A stretch of DNA of 64,000 nt from Azolla caroliniana (Eukaryota; Plantae; Polypodiophyta), in the NCBI GenBank assembly GCA_043228905.1, contig JBHGNT010000008.1, forward strand, positions 4,650,001-4,714,000, read 5' to 3'. The notes under the pieces were generated by a model. It worked only from the letters and a program-made list of their open reading frames with translations, had not been told where the DNA came from and made no database searches. Shown in pieces: positions 11,563 through 21,943 of the stretch. A program made the position numbers and the translations under genes. Position 1 is the stretch's first letter, and each line of letters starts with the position of its first letter.

Positions 11563-12646
11563 ATGGAGTTGGTGAAGCACTTGTTTTGGTGACCTCATTT
11601 GCAAAAATTTGTTGAAGATTATGTTCATACATGTGACACCTGTTGTCGAGCCAAAATACCAAGACAAAATCCTTATGGCTTGTTACAACCAGTACCGCCT
11701 CCAACCAAGCCATGGCATTCTATTTCTATGGATTTCACTACGGATCTGCCACCTTCAAAAGGATTTGATACCATTTTAATAGTAGTGGATCGATTTACCA
11801 AGTTGGCACATTTTTTACCATGCATAAAGAGTATCAATAGTTAGGAAACCGCAGATATTGTTATGCGTGAAGTATTTTGCCATCATGGTCTTCTAGATGA
11901 TATAATTACTGATCGTGGTCCTCAATTTATCTCTCACTTTTGGAAGCACCTATGGGCAGTGTTACCGGCCGGCAAAAGAGTCCAGAGTGGGAAACGGAGA
12001 GCTAATTAAGTAGTAGGAATGTGGTTGTAATTAAGCTATGAGTGTGGACAGACGGACCGGAAACGGTATGCCGTTCCGGATCCGGACCGATCCCGAATAG
12101 GTGCGGATGGCACCGTTTTGTAATACAGACCGGAAACCTATTTAAAGGCCCGGATACAATGTAATAGTTAGCGGTTAATTAATGAAAGCTTAAGCGTTGT
12201 TATCTTTCTGTGTTAATTGTCGTTCTGTCTTAATTGTTATATCTTACGCGTGTGTTATGAAAGACGATCATAATAAGTAACTTAATTAAGTCGGATTAAG
12301 TGTTGAGGTCTAATCCGGTTGCCGTAACACCCTTTGGTGAAGTGTCTCCCGTTGTCGAGGTATTCCTCGCGGATGCGTGGAATGAGGCGGGACCTCGGGG
12401 GTCTTGTACCGAAGAGCAAGAAAGAAAAGAAAGAAAGAAAGATATATTAACGTCTTCTAAGGCCAAAATTGGCCCATGAGACAAATGGTTTACAACAAAA
12501 ATGGGATATTTACCCATTCATCGAAGTAAAAATAAAAATAAGATGAAAAATAGAGTTTAAGCTAAATAGTTCTAAAAAATAACAAACATGTTTTATATAG
12601 AAACATGTTCTACTACAGTGAAAATGGTGTTATACAATTGTTATTT

Positions 12647-15600
12647 TCATTTCCATCCAAGTCTCTCGAAGAGAAGCGGAAGGTCAAAGGGTTGCGATGT
12701 GGATGTGGCCCGTGGTCCCCATGTAAGAGGTACCCCAACCATAGCTTCTAGTCGACGTAGCTCACGTTCCCTTATCTTCTTAATCTTGTCTACTCCACGT
12801 TGACTTGTTTTGAAGCCCAACATTCGAGGGCGTTTCGTTGTTCTTTGCATTTCTGCTTCCTCAAGGGAGAGGCCGAGCGGCGTAAGTGTATCCACATTCA
12901 TCGTCTCCCCTTGTTCCTGAAAAATTACACTAGTTACATGGTGATGAATACTAAGAGGGTTATCGTTAGCACTTTGTAATTTATTCTCCCTATGTTGTTT
13001 TAGGTCTAAGATATATCTACCTAGTCTCTTTACATTCGGGGTATCTAATAGTTTGGAGAGGGTGGGAGAGGGTCCTAGTATGTCTTGGTATTCCGCTCGT
13101 ATCTCGGCATAAGTTGGGCATTTGCATGTGAAGTGATACTCATCCTCTATCTCTATGTGGCATAACCTACATAACCTTTCCTCTCTAGGGACTCTATTAG
13201 CCCGACCATTCTCAATCTCAAGTTGGTGAGATGATATCCTAAGTTGTCCAATGGCCACCCTTAGTGCATTTGATAAGAATGTATCTAGATATCTTGGTCG
13301 TGTAATAAAGCCTAGCGTAGAGAAGCGCAAGAAGTGTTCCTTATAGTACACCATTTTAGATGGGAGTGGTTCTCGTGGGGTGATCCATTTGTATCGAGTG
13401 TAAATTTGCCATATTTCTTGGCGTATCACTTTATTACGATCTTCGTGAGAGATTAAAGTTTGATCAGTCCCATGGTTGTACTTAAGGGGAGGTAGGTTAT
13501 TAATGTCTATGCCGTTCGCACGGAGCCAACTCACCACGATGCTATACCAAGAGCTAGTGTCGCCAGACACATATAAAGATCGAGACGCCTCAAAGGCTCG
13601 ACGGGATATCCTATCTTGTGGTTGGCTATGTATCCGATGAATAAAAACTACCACTTGAAAGAGTGCTTCTACTAACATCGGGGGTAGACTGAACTCAGCT
13701 CTAATAATGTCATGTGGTACTGTCGATTTGCTTCGGAGTTGACGTGATAACATCGTCACTAAAGGTCTCTCTAATTGCGTCCACGTGAAAGATGGTAAAC
13801 CTGGAGCCCATACTACTGATGCATACATGAGGGACGGGGTCACTAATGAGTCAAAAAGCCATCCCTTAGTCCGTGGCTCTTGAAAGTATGCCTGATGGCA
13901 TTGTCTCTCTAAGAGTGAGAGGGATGCATACCCTCTCGTTAGCCTATCTTTGGCAGCCTGGGTCATCGAGAATTTACCTGAGCGAGCACTAAAGGTGACT
14001 CCCAAGTATACATACGATCCCACTACCTCAACTGGTTTATGAGAGAGGATTAGGTGACATTGACTCCTAACTCGGGACGATGTATGAAAGATAAGGACTT
14101 TAGTTTTCGCTAAATTCACTACCAGTCCTCGTTGTGTACAAAAGTCATCCAGGGCATTAAGATGCTTTTGTAGGTCGTGTTCCGACTCTGAGAGCAAGAC
14201 AATGTCGTCTGCGTAGAGTAAGAGACTAACTTGCGTCTCCCCAATAGCTACTCCCTTGCCTCCCTTACGAGCAATAAAATCAGTGATCTCATCAATGTAG
14301 ATCCCAAAAAGAGTCGGTGATAGGGGGCAACCCTGTTTTACACCAATGGTGCTAGTGAAACAATCGGATAGGCCACCTGGGCATCTTACACACCCAGAGA
14401 CTTGCTCATATAGGGCATAAATGGCCCAGATCATGTCATCTGGTATCTCCAAGCTCTTAAGTCTATCAAACAACCTTTCCCTAGGAACCGTGTCAAAGGC
14501 CTTGCGAAAGTCCACAAAGCAACAATATAGTTTCTTCTTACGAGCCTTTGTCTGGTCAATTAAGCACCTGAGTGTGAAGATATGGCCAATAGTGGAGAAG
14601 GCTTGTCTAAAGCCAGCTTGCTCAGGTGCTCGAAGACTTAATGTTTCCATATAATCACTGAGCTCCGCTTCCATTACTGCACCATATAGTTTAGCGAGCG
14701 TATGACCTATCATAACGGTCCTATATGTATTTGGGTCCATTGAGTCCCCTCCTTTATGTATAGGGGCCACTGTGTTCATGGCCCATTGTGGTGGAAAACC
14801 CTCGGCGAGGGCGCGGTTGAAGATTAGAGCGAGAAGGGGGGCTAGGCACTCTCGAGCATATATGATGTGCTCGGCACACAATCCTGTGTGGTCCATGGAT
14901 TTCCTATGTTGTAATTTTTTGATGACCTTCGTGACCCTAGAGGTCGTGAAAAGTGTCCCCATGGTAGGTCGAGGTGTGGAGGGCATTGGAATGGGTGGTT
15001 GGTTCGGGACATGGTAGAGTCTCTCAATATATGTGTGCCAAATATTGGGATCCTCGATGGGTGTTTGTGGTCTCGGTTCCCGTAGCCTCTTCCATGCGAG
15101 GGCACAATCCCTACTCATGAGCATATGGTAGAGTTCCCAATATTGAGATGCCTCCCAAGCCCGTCTTTTACGACGTGTCATCTTGCGCATCTCTTTGCGA
15201 GCCTGTACTGAGGAAATAGTACCACTAAGCCGCGATACTTTAAGTTGTCTATACAACTCTCTACAATCCTCATCATACCACTTGTTCTGTGGCATAGACC
15301 CAACTCTACTATGATTGGAGTCTTTCGTGTATGGGAAGCTACTAGTTGCTGCTGAGTGGAGGATGTGTGTGAGTTCTGTAGTGAGGTGCTCTAAAGGCAA
15401 GGAAGAATCAAAAGAGGAGAGATGCGCTTGAACATGTCGAGAATAGATGTCAGCGAGCTCATGCGTGAAATGTATTATAGTGCGATGGGTTGGTTTACTA
15501 GAGTTGGTGGCGTGGGAGGCGTCACATTTTAGCTCAAAGTATAGGAAGCTATGGTCTGCGCCAATGGGGCATGGGGCCACCCGGAAGGAGCTAACCATGT

Positions 15601-16390
15601 GGGTAGCTTCAGGGCGTCCTATTAGGTAATCAACTGTGCTTTCCCCTCCTCCATGTGGGAAACATGTGAGCTCTTCCAAGCCCGGCCACTTGGCTAAGCC
15701 ATTATATATGATCATCTGGTGTCGGCTTCCAAGTTCAAGCAGATGATGGCCAAAGCTTGTGGCGTCCGCACCTTGATCTTTTGATGTACGTGTTATGCCT
15801 AAGGCTAAAGGGTCGACATTCACCATTTCTAGGTTTCTATCCATCTGAAATATTGTGCATTGGTGGGATTGGGTTCTCGCGTTGAAATCTCCTACAAGGA
15901 AGACTTCCCCTTGAGAAGAATATCGGATTATGTCATCCGATAAAGGTTCGTATGGAGAAGGCCCATGTGGCATTCCTTCATCAACTATACTCGCCACTCC
16001 AGCCATATTATACCGAGATCCTTTCGGGGGGAAGTAACAAATGGCAATAAATATCACCTGATCTTTGCTAGTGAGTACTTTCACCCACATAAAACGGGCT
16101 TCTGGGTCTTTCTTTAGTATTTCTATCCTACCATGTATCTCTCTCCAAAATAATATCGCAACCCCTCCAGACCCTCTAGTAGTGTGTCGACGTGAGGTTT
16201 GTCTAAAGACAGATTCCCAACGAAAACCATCAACTCGTGGTAATCCTCGATTTGGACTTTGATGTGTTTCTACCAAAAAAAGTATATCAGATACCCTCAA
16301 AATCTCCTCTAGACGGCCAGGGTGTGTCCAAAGTGCACCGTTACAATTCCATAAACTCATCCTAAGTCTATTATTTGTCACATGGGCCAC
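12647..16390 (-). CDS. LINE ORF2 (APE-RT), intact, 1247 aa
   Basis: Same APE, RT and Cys-His motifs as copy 1; many differences between copies are synonymous. Confidence 0.95.
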   Translation of the reverse strand: MAHVTNNRLRMSLWNCNGALWTHPGRLEEILRVSDILFLVETHQSPNRGLPRVDGFRWESVFRQTSRRHTTRGSGGVAILFWREIHGRIEILKKDPEARFMWVKVLTSKDQVIFIAICYFPPKGSRYNMAGVASIVDEGMPHGPSPYEPLSDDIIRYSSQGEVFLVGDFNARTQSHQCTIFQMDRNLEMVNVDPLALGITRTSKDQGADATSFGHHLLELGSRHQMIIYNGLAKWPGLEELTCFPHGGGESTVDYLIGRPEATHMVSSFRVAPCPIGADHSFLYFELKCDASHATNSSKPTHRTIIHFTHELADIYSRHVQAHLSSFDSSLPLEHLTTELTHILHSAATSSFPYTKDSNHSRVGSMPQNKWYDEDCRELYRQLKVSRLSGTISSVQARKEMRKMTRRKRRAWEASQYWELYHMLMSRDCALAWKRLREPRPQTPIEDPNIWHTYIERLYHVPNQPPIPMPSTPRPTMGTLFTTSRVTKVIKKLQHRKSMDHTGLCAEHIIYARECLAPLLALIFNRALAEGFPPQWAMNTVAPIHKGGDSMDPNTYRTVMIGHTLAKLYGAVMEAELSDYMETLSLRAPEQAGFRQAFSTIGHIFTLRCLIDQTKARKKKLYCCFVDFRKAFDTVPRERLFDRLKSLEIPDDMIWAIYALYEQVSGCVRCPGGLSDCFTSTIGVKQGCPLSPTLFGIYIDEITDFIARKGGKGVAIGETQVSLLLYADDIVLLSESEHDLQKHLNALDDFCTQRGLVVNLAKTKVLIFHTSSRVRSQCHLILSHKPVEVVGSYVYLGVTFSARSGKFSMTQAAKDRLTRGYASLSLLERQCHQAYFQEPRTKGWLFDSLVTPSLMYASVVWAPGLPSFTWTQLERPLVTMLSRQLRSKSTVPHDIIRAEFSLPPMLVEALFQVVVFIHRIHSQPQDRISRRAFEASRSLYVSGDTSSWYSIVVSWLRANGIDINNLPPLKYNHGTDQTLISHEDRNKVIRQEIWQIYTRYKWITPREPLPSKMVYYKEHFLRFSTLGFITRPRYLDTFLSNALRVAIGQLRISSHQLEIENGRANRVPREERLCRLCHIEIEDEYHFTCKCPTYAEIRAEYQDILGPSPTLSKLLDTPNVKRLGRYILDLKQHRENKLQSANDNPLSIHHHVTSVIFQEQGETMNVDTLTPLGLSLEEAEMQRTTKRPRMLGFKTSQRGVDKIKKIRERELRRLEAMVGVPLTWGPRATSTSQPFDLPLLFERLGWK

Positions 16391-16396
16391 ACGCCG

Positions 16397-17188
16397 TCAA
16401 TTGGCAGCGCGATCATTTATTATGACCCGTCCGTCTCGGTAGAAGGCACGATGCCCCTCTTTACGAGCTTGTATGACTCGCGGCATACAAGTTTTACGAT
16501 GCTCAATTTGCATCTTGGTCAAGTCTTCATCGAGGTAGATGGGCTCCCCGCCCAATCCTCGAAGAATTGGTCTCTTTTTAAAGAAGGCGATTCTAGATTC
16601 CGAGTCCTTAAATTGAAGAACTAAAGCTCTTTTCCTAGTGGTGTCACGCCCTACCCTCCAAGTTTTAGTGATTGGTAGGGCTTCATATCCCAACATTTTA
16701 CCCAAGGTTTGTGCATCTTCGTCGGGAGATGCCCCTTCCTTGAGCCCAGTAACTCGTACATTTAGGCGTCGAGCTTGACGCATTTTTTCCTCCTCGAGGG
16801 TAGTGTTTACAATATTTTCGTCCTTTAGTTCTTTTTTAATATTACGTTTTACTACATCAACCCACCCAGTTTTTGCTAGTTCCATATCACTTTTAATCTC
16901 TTCTTTAACTTTTTTTATCTCGTCCTTAATATCCTCTAGAGAAGATATTTCACCATCTTCCCTAGATGTTTCAAGGTCCTTAATTCGTTTTTGAAGGTTT
17001 ACGTTATCTACCTTAAGTTTCGCTACTTCAGCAATAAGCAATTCTCTTTCTTCCTTATCTTTTTGTTTTTCAGCTTCAATTTCTTTCACCCATTTTTCCA
17101 TTTTAACGAACCGGTTAAGGACATCTAAAAAATCTTCCTTACTTATAATTTCTTCGTTTGTTTCCTTATGGTTTCGTCGAGAAGTCAT
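16397..17188 (-). CDS. LINE ORF1 (coiled-coil N-terminus, probable RRM-like/CTD region)
   Basis: ATG at 17188 (MTSRRNH); charged heptad-like region, then RRLNVRVTGLKE...IYLDEDLT, resembling LINE ORF1 proteins. Confidence 0.85.
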   Translation of the reverse strand: MTSRRNHKETNEEIISKEDFLDVLNRFVKMEKWVKEIEAEKQKDKEERELLIAEVAKLKVDNVNLQKRIKDLETSREDGEISSLEDIKDEIKKVKEEIKSDMELAKTGWVDVVKRNIKKELKDENIVNTTLEEEKMRQARRLNVRVTGLKEGASPDEDAQTLGKMLGYEALPITKTWRVGRDTTRKRALVLQFKDSESRIAFFKKRPILRGLGGEPIYLDEDLTKMQIEHRKTCMPRVIQARKEGHRAFYRDGRVIINDRAAN

Positions 17189-18003
17189 CTTGTAATTCAA
17201 AAGATAAAGAAAGAAAAAGACAAAAGGACAGAAAAAACTTAGCCGAGCATCGACGTCTTTCGCGCTAGATATGAGTGTAGAAGCACATGTATGCTTGTTT
17301 CAGCCGGTGACGTCGTCCGGTAAGTGAAGTACCACGATGAAGGGCAACGGCTACACACGATAAAAGCGGCCAAGAATCGAGGACGAGAAGGGAGAAGAGA
17401 CCCACTACGTGCGAGAGTAGATTCACAGGGACACGGCCCTTCGACACAAAGACGCGAGTGGGACAGCGACACAGAGAGACACGAATGTATGTATGTATTA
17501 ACAAAGACAAACAACAAAACACGAGGTCGGTTACAACCGAACAGGCCGGCGAACAGATGTCGATACCTGTTCATAAACACACAGAAAGGAAGGAGTAGGT
17601 TGGAGGTGCTGCCGGAAGCACTCGGGCATTCCTCAGAGCAGCGCGAGCCTCCCGAAACCTGCACAGAAGGAAGCTATGGAGCTTGCGAACCAGAGAGAGA
17701 GAGAGAGAAGCCTTCGCACACAAACCGACAGCACTTCGTCCTCGACTCTCCGCGATCCCATCCCCCTTCGCATCTCCCTCCTTTTATAGGCAAGGAAGGA
17801 GCCGTTTCCCCCTTTACTTCCTACCCACTAAATCTACCTGCCTAGGATCTTCCATGGACAACATTCGAGAAGAGCCGGTTCCTACGTTCCTGTGCACCGA
17901 TTCCGCTTGTGGACGGTTTTCTTCACGACATCCGCCCCCACCTAACCACGCATCCACCGGCATGCGCCAAATTGAGTTGGGACGGAGAAAACCGGTCCAG
18001 CCT

Positions 18004-21000
18004 TCACTCCCCGCTCGTCGGTTCTTCCTCGGTTTCGGATCGTTCGTCGTTGCGGTCCAGGTCAATCGGATCCGGCTCGTCGTCGTGACGCTTCTTGAAC
18101 GCTTTGATCCGCTTCCCCGCTACCGGTATCGCCATTCTCGTATTGTCGAGTTCCGCCAGATGGTACGTCCCGTTGTCGTTGGCGCTTTGTACCACGTAAG
18201 GCCCGAACCACCTTCTTACGAACTTCTGTGTCGCTCGGTGCCGGTTGTCAAGGCTGCTATCGTAGACAAGCACCCAGTCGCCTTCCTCGATCTTCTTCGG
18301 TCGGAGCCGGTGCGTTCGGTCGAACCGGGCTTTGTTCCTCATCCTTGCTTCCCGAAGCTTTTCCGCAGCCTGCTCCACGTCCTCCGGTCTTCGCTCGAGC
18401 TGTCGTATACGCGCCGCCAACAGTTCCTCCCTGCTCATCTCGTCTCTCCAGTCCACGGTTGCCCACGAGGAGATCGTACGTTCCATCGGCATGACCGGCT
18501 TCTGCCCAAACATGAGTTCTGCCGGCATGAATCCGGTTACCGAACTGTGCGTAGTTCGGTCCGCCCACAACGCGTAAGGCAGCAGTCATGGCCAGTTCCC
18601 GACTTGACCTCCGCATGCCCGAACTAACGCCTTGACGATCGGTCCGTGTCTGCGCTCCACCTTTCCATTCGCCTCCGGATTGTACGCAGTGGTAAGCGAG
18701 AGCTTGACTCCTAGCCGGTCGAACAGCTCCTCGGCCTCTTCGGCGTCCAACTCCCCGCGATCAGCCACAATCTTCCCGACGCACCCGTACCGGCATATCA
18801 CGTCCTCAATCAGGAACCGACATACGGCCGCGGTTGTTTTGTTCTGAAGGGCCCGGCCTTCTACCTGGTTCGTCAGATCTTCCCGAGCCAAGACCAGATA
18901 CCGCATCTGTCCTACTCCCATCGGCATCGTCACCAGGTCTACCATCCATTTGAAGTGGATGGTCGGAGGGTACGTAGGGTGAAGCTTGTCCCGGTGTCGG
19001 ACCACGGAGTGCATCTGACAGCTCTCGCAAGTTGTCACGAACTGATGCACATCCCGGTACAGTCCCGGCCACCAGTACTTCCCCTTTATCTTCTCGAACG
19101 TGGCCCACGTTCCACAGTGTCCAGCCCAAGGGCTGTCGTGGTAGGCCGTCAGCAGCTCCTTCTGTTCTTCCTTCATCGCCACCACCCGGAGCGGGACGCC
19201 GTTCCTCTTCTTCGGGTGCTTCCATAAGTATCCATCCCGGAGAAAGAATCGGTAAGCTTTCTTCCGGATCCGGTTGGCCTCGTCCTTCGTCCATGACGCA
19301 TCCAACGTCATTGTCCTCAGAAACCCACCGATCCGGAGCCACTCGCCGTCGTACTTGCTCTCGTCGAAGCCGTTAAGCGCCGGAGTGCTCGTCCCATCGG
19401 TTGTCACATACGCCGCCTCGAAGAAGTCCACGCCGACTTCTTCATCCTCCGAAACCATGCCGCCCTCGTCATCAAACCTCGCCCTTGAAAGCATGTCGGC
19501 CATGGCGTTGTCCTTTCCGGAAATGTGCCGTATTTCCGGATCCAGGGACTTGATGTATGCTATCCACCTGAGCATCGCCAGGTCCGGTGTTGCGCATCCG
19601 GAAACCATGCCGAGAATTGGCAGGCAATCCGTCTCGATGATCACTTCCGTCCCGATCAAGTAGTCTTTGTCGGCCTTTACTGCCGAAACGATACCCCAGA
19701 GTTCGCGTTTAACCTGGGCGTACCCTCACTGTCGCTCACTAAGGACCTTTGCGCCGAATCGGATCAGGAACCGAATGTCGTCCCCGTCTTCTTGGTTGAC
19801 GACCCATCCGATCCCGGTCGGACTTGTATCCACCGTTATGTATACCGGGGTACCCTTCTCGTAGACAGCGTTCCGGAGCGCCGGTGCTGCCGCAAGAGCT
19901 TCCTTCAGCTTCCGGACCGACTCCGTGTGCTCGTCTCACCACTCGAATTTTCGCCCTTTCTTCAGCAACCCGTATAGCGGCTCCGCAATGTGGGCGTAAT
20001 GTGGGATTCATATGTGGTAGAATGCGCATGCCCCCAGGAACCTCCGAACTTCCGTAACCGAGCTACAGTTGGTCTTCATCACGGAGATGGCTTCTACCTT
20101 TGCCGGAGACGGCTTCCGACCATACGGTCCACATAGGTGCTCGACCACCAGGATTTCTGATTGCCCGAAGGCCGATTTCTCCTCGGAGAAGGTGAGCCTC
20201 GCATCCTCTAGCCTTTGTAGCACCTTCTCGCAGTCGCCGATGTGAGTTGCCACGAATCGCCGGCATCCGTCCGGCCCGATTGTCTCGTCCTTCTCTTCCA
20301 CCGGGCACCCTTTGATAGGGATGTCGTCTAGAAACGGCATGGTGATGTCCGGGATGCAATCCCTCAGTACCTTGTTCATTGCATTCACCATGTGGGCCAC
20401 CGAGTTGGTCCCTCCTTGCGGCAGGGTACACATTCGCACTAGGCCGAGGGGAGTTCGCATCGTCGTAATGTCTCTGCTCTCCACGGCTAGCTGGAAATGG
20501 TCGTACCCCGAGTACAGATCACCGACCGAGTAAATCGACCTCCCGGCGAAGGCCTCCGCGAACTCGTCTATGGTCGGTCCGATTCCTGCGTTCCGAATGG
20601 TCACTCTGTTGACCGGCTGCAGGTCCTGAATGAAGCGCAATGTTCCGTTTTTCTTTGGTACGGTAAACCATCGGTTCGAGTATGGCGCACTCGACGGTTC
20701 GAGAATACCCATATCGACTTTCTGCCTCAGCAGCTCCATCAACTCCAGGATGTGAGCTCTTGGTACCGGAATTGGCTAGAGATTCCACGGCACATGCGGT
20801 ACCGTGAATATCACCATCGGCTCCACGATTGTCGGGTCCGCGATCTCTTCCGGTGAGAATGCGAAGGCTTTCCCGTGCCTTCTGAGCATTCTCTGAAACC
20901 GGTCTTCCTCCGCCGGCAGTAGGAACCCGCCCCCACCGATCTTGAGCTCCCGGAGCGTCCCGTCGGTGAAGGTGTGTCCAATGCAGGCCGGATCTCGTAA

Positions 21001-21180
21001 ACTGGGGTCCGACGCCACCCCTCTGATTCGGGACTCGCTGCCCTCCAGCAAGGGTGCCGCGACTGGCCTTACCTTCCGGTCCACAGTCTTGTACTTCGTG
21101 CTAACTCAGGCCGTCCGATCCAACCCGAGCCCCTGGCTGAAGTTCGCGATGACTTCGTACATCTCTTCGGAACATACCGG
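18004..21180 (-). pseudogene. Ty3 pol (RT-RNase H-integrase), frameshifted
   Basis: DLQPVN, DLYSGY, LPQG, FLDD (RT); VDTSPTG, ETDC, ADMLSR (RH); YHD..GH..CESC, VDL, ADRG, NPEANGKVER, FGPY (INT). Confidence 0.9.
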
Positions 21181-21281
21181 TGTCGTAGTGTATTTCGTAC
21201 ACTACGTGAAAAAGTAAAAATAATATAAATGATTTAATTACATATAAATAAATAAAATAAGAATATCAAGATATTTATCAC

Positions 21282-21352
21282 GTGCATAGGGCAGGATTCG
21301 AACCCTGTACCTCCACGTAGCCAAACCTCAACTTTACTATTATGCTACCTTA
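21282..21352 (-). promoter_or_regulatory. tRNA-like Pol III A-box/B-box module in the LTR (second copy 24025-24095)
   Basis: Minus strand GGTAGCATAAT(A/G)GTAAAG...CAGGGTTCGAATCCTG with tRNA-like spacing; the cloverleaf is incomplete. Confidence 0.65.
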
Positions 21353-21909
21353 TCTTTAGTGTTTTATAAATAGATTTAATAACTATAAGTGCTTTATTTG
21401 CGCCTACCTTTATTAAAAGGTAAATCATGTATATTTAGAGTGCGTGAATATTTTATAGAAAAACGCAAGCAACTAAAAAGTGACTCATGCACATCTAGCG
21501 TGCATGAGCACTATATTTAGCAAATAAAAGCAAGGATTAGAAAAGCATCACATGCACATTTAGTGTGCATGAACATATTAGAAAAAAAGCATGTAGCTAT
21601 GCTTAGTCTCTCCCATCACTATATAAGGATGGGGAGCACATTGTAGTTTTTGTTGATTATTTTTCTATAATGATCAATCAATCTAAAATATTCGTGGGAT
21701 TCACGAATTTGCTAAAAATAATTCTCTCTTACTACCTAAATATTGACTAAATATACTAAACTCGTGGGATTCACGAGATTCTTATCTTATAACTCTTTAT
21801 ACCTATTCTTTACTAGCCTTATTTGTATTTTTCTTTCTCCTAGTCCAAAACCTCGGCGGTTCCCACCCGACTCACGCAAACGATCCGGAGCCGAAAGGCA
21901 CGACACAGT

Positions 21910-21926
21910 TGGTGAACCCGACGTGA
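21910..21926 (+). other. Primer-binding site complementary to the tRNA-Trp 3' end
   Basis: TGGTGAACCCGACGTGA, 4 nt after the LTR; complementary to the plant tRNA-Trp(CCA) end ...TCACGTCGGGTTCACCA as I recall it. Confidence 0.8.
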
Positions 21927-21943
21927 AGGCGGGTGGCAAGGAG

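Larger units (their letters stand above)
12421..17384 (-). mobile_element. LINE copy 2, apparently full length (5' UTR, ORF1, ORF2, 3' UTR, (TTTC)n tail), inserted in the 3' LTR of the Ty3 element
   Basis: The intact 5' LTR gives the empty site GAAGAGCAAGA|GAGAAGGGAG; no TSD visible; both ORFs are open. Confidence 0.95.

Noticed and set aside
12321-12345. GCCGTAACA followed by TGGTGAAG as an LTR end plus PBS
   Set aside because: The TSD GGCAG and the rejoined host frame place the real terminus at 27519, so this motif is internal to the solo LTR.
17683-18627. 314-aa plus-strand ORF and other antisense ORFs (e.g. 26005-27141, 23095-23727, 24486-25037)
   Set aside because: Shadow ORFs of GC-rich retroelement coding sequence, or chimeras across LTR junctions; no recognisable motifs.
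21282-21352. Functional tRNA genes here, at 29778-29850 and at 51620-51690
   Set aside because: A/B boxes are present but acceptor and anticodon stems do not pair properly; treated as tRNA-derived modules.
21743-21943. N-terminal 67 aa of the 742-aa ORF
   Set aside because: Starts at TTG inside the LTR; the first ATG after the PBS (21944) is the more plausible start.
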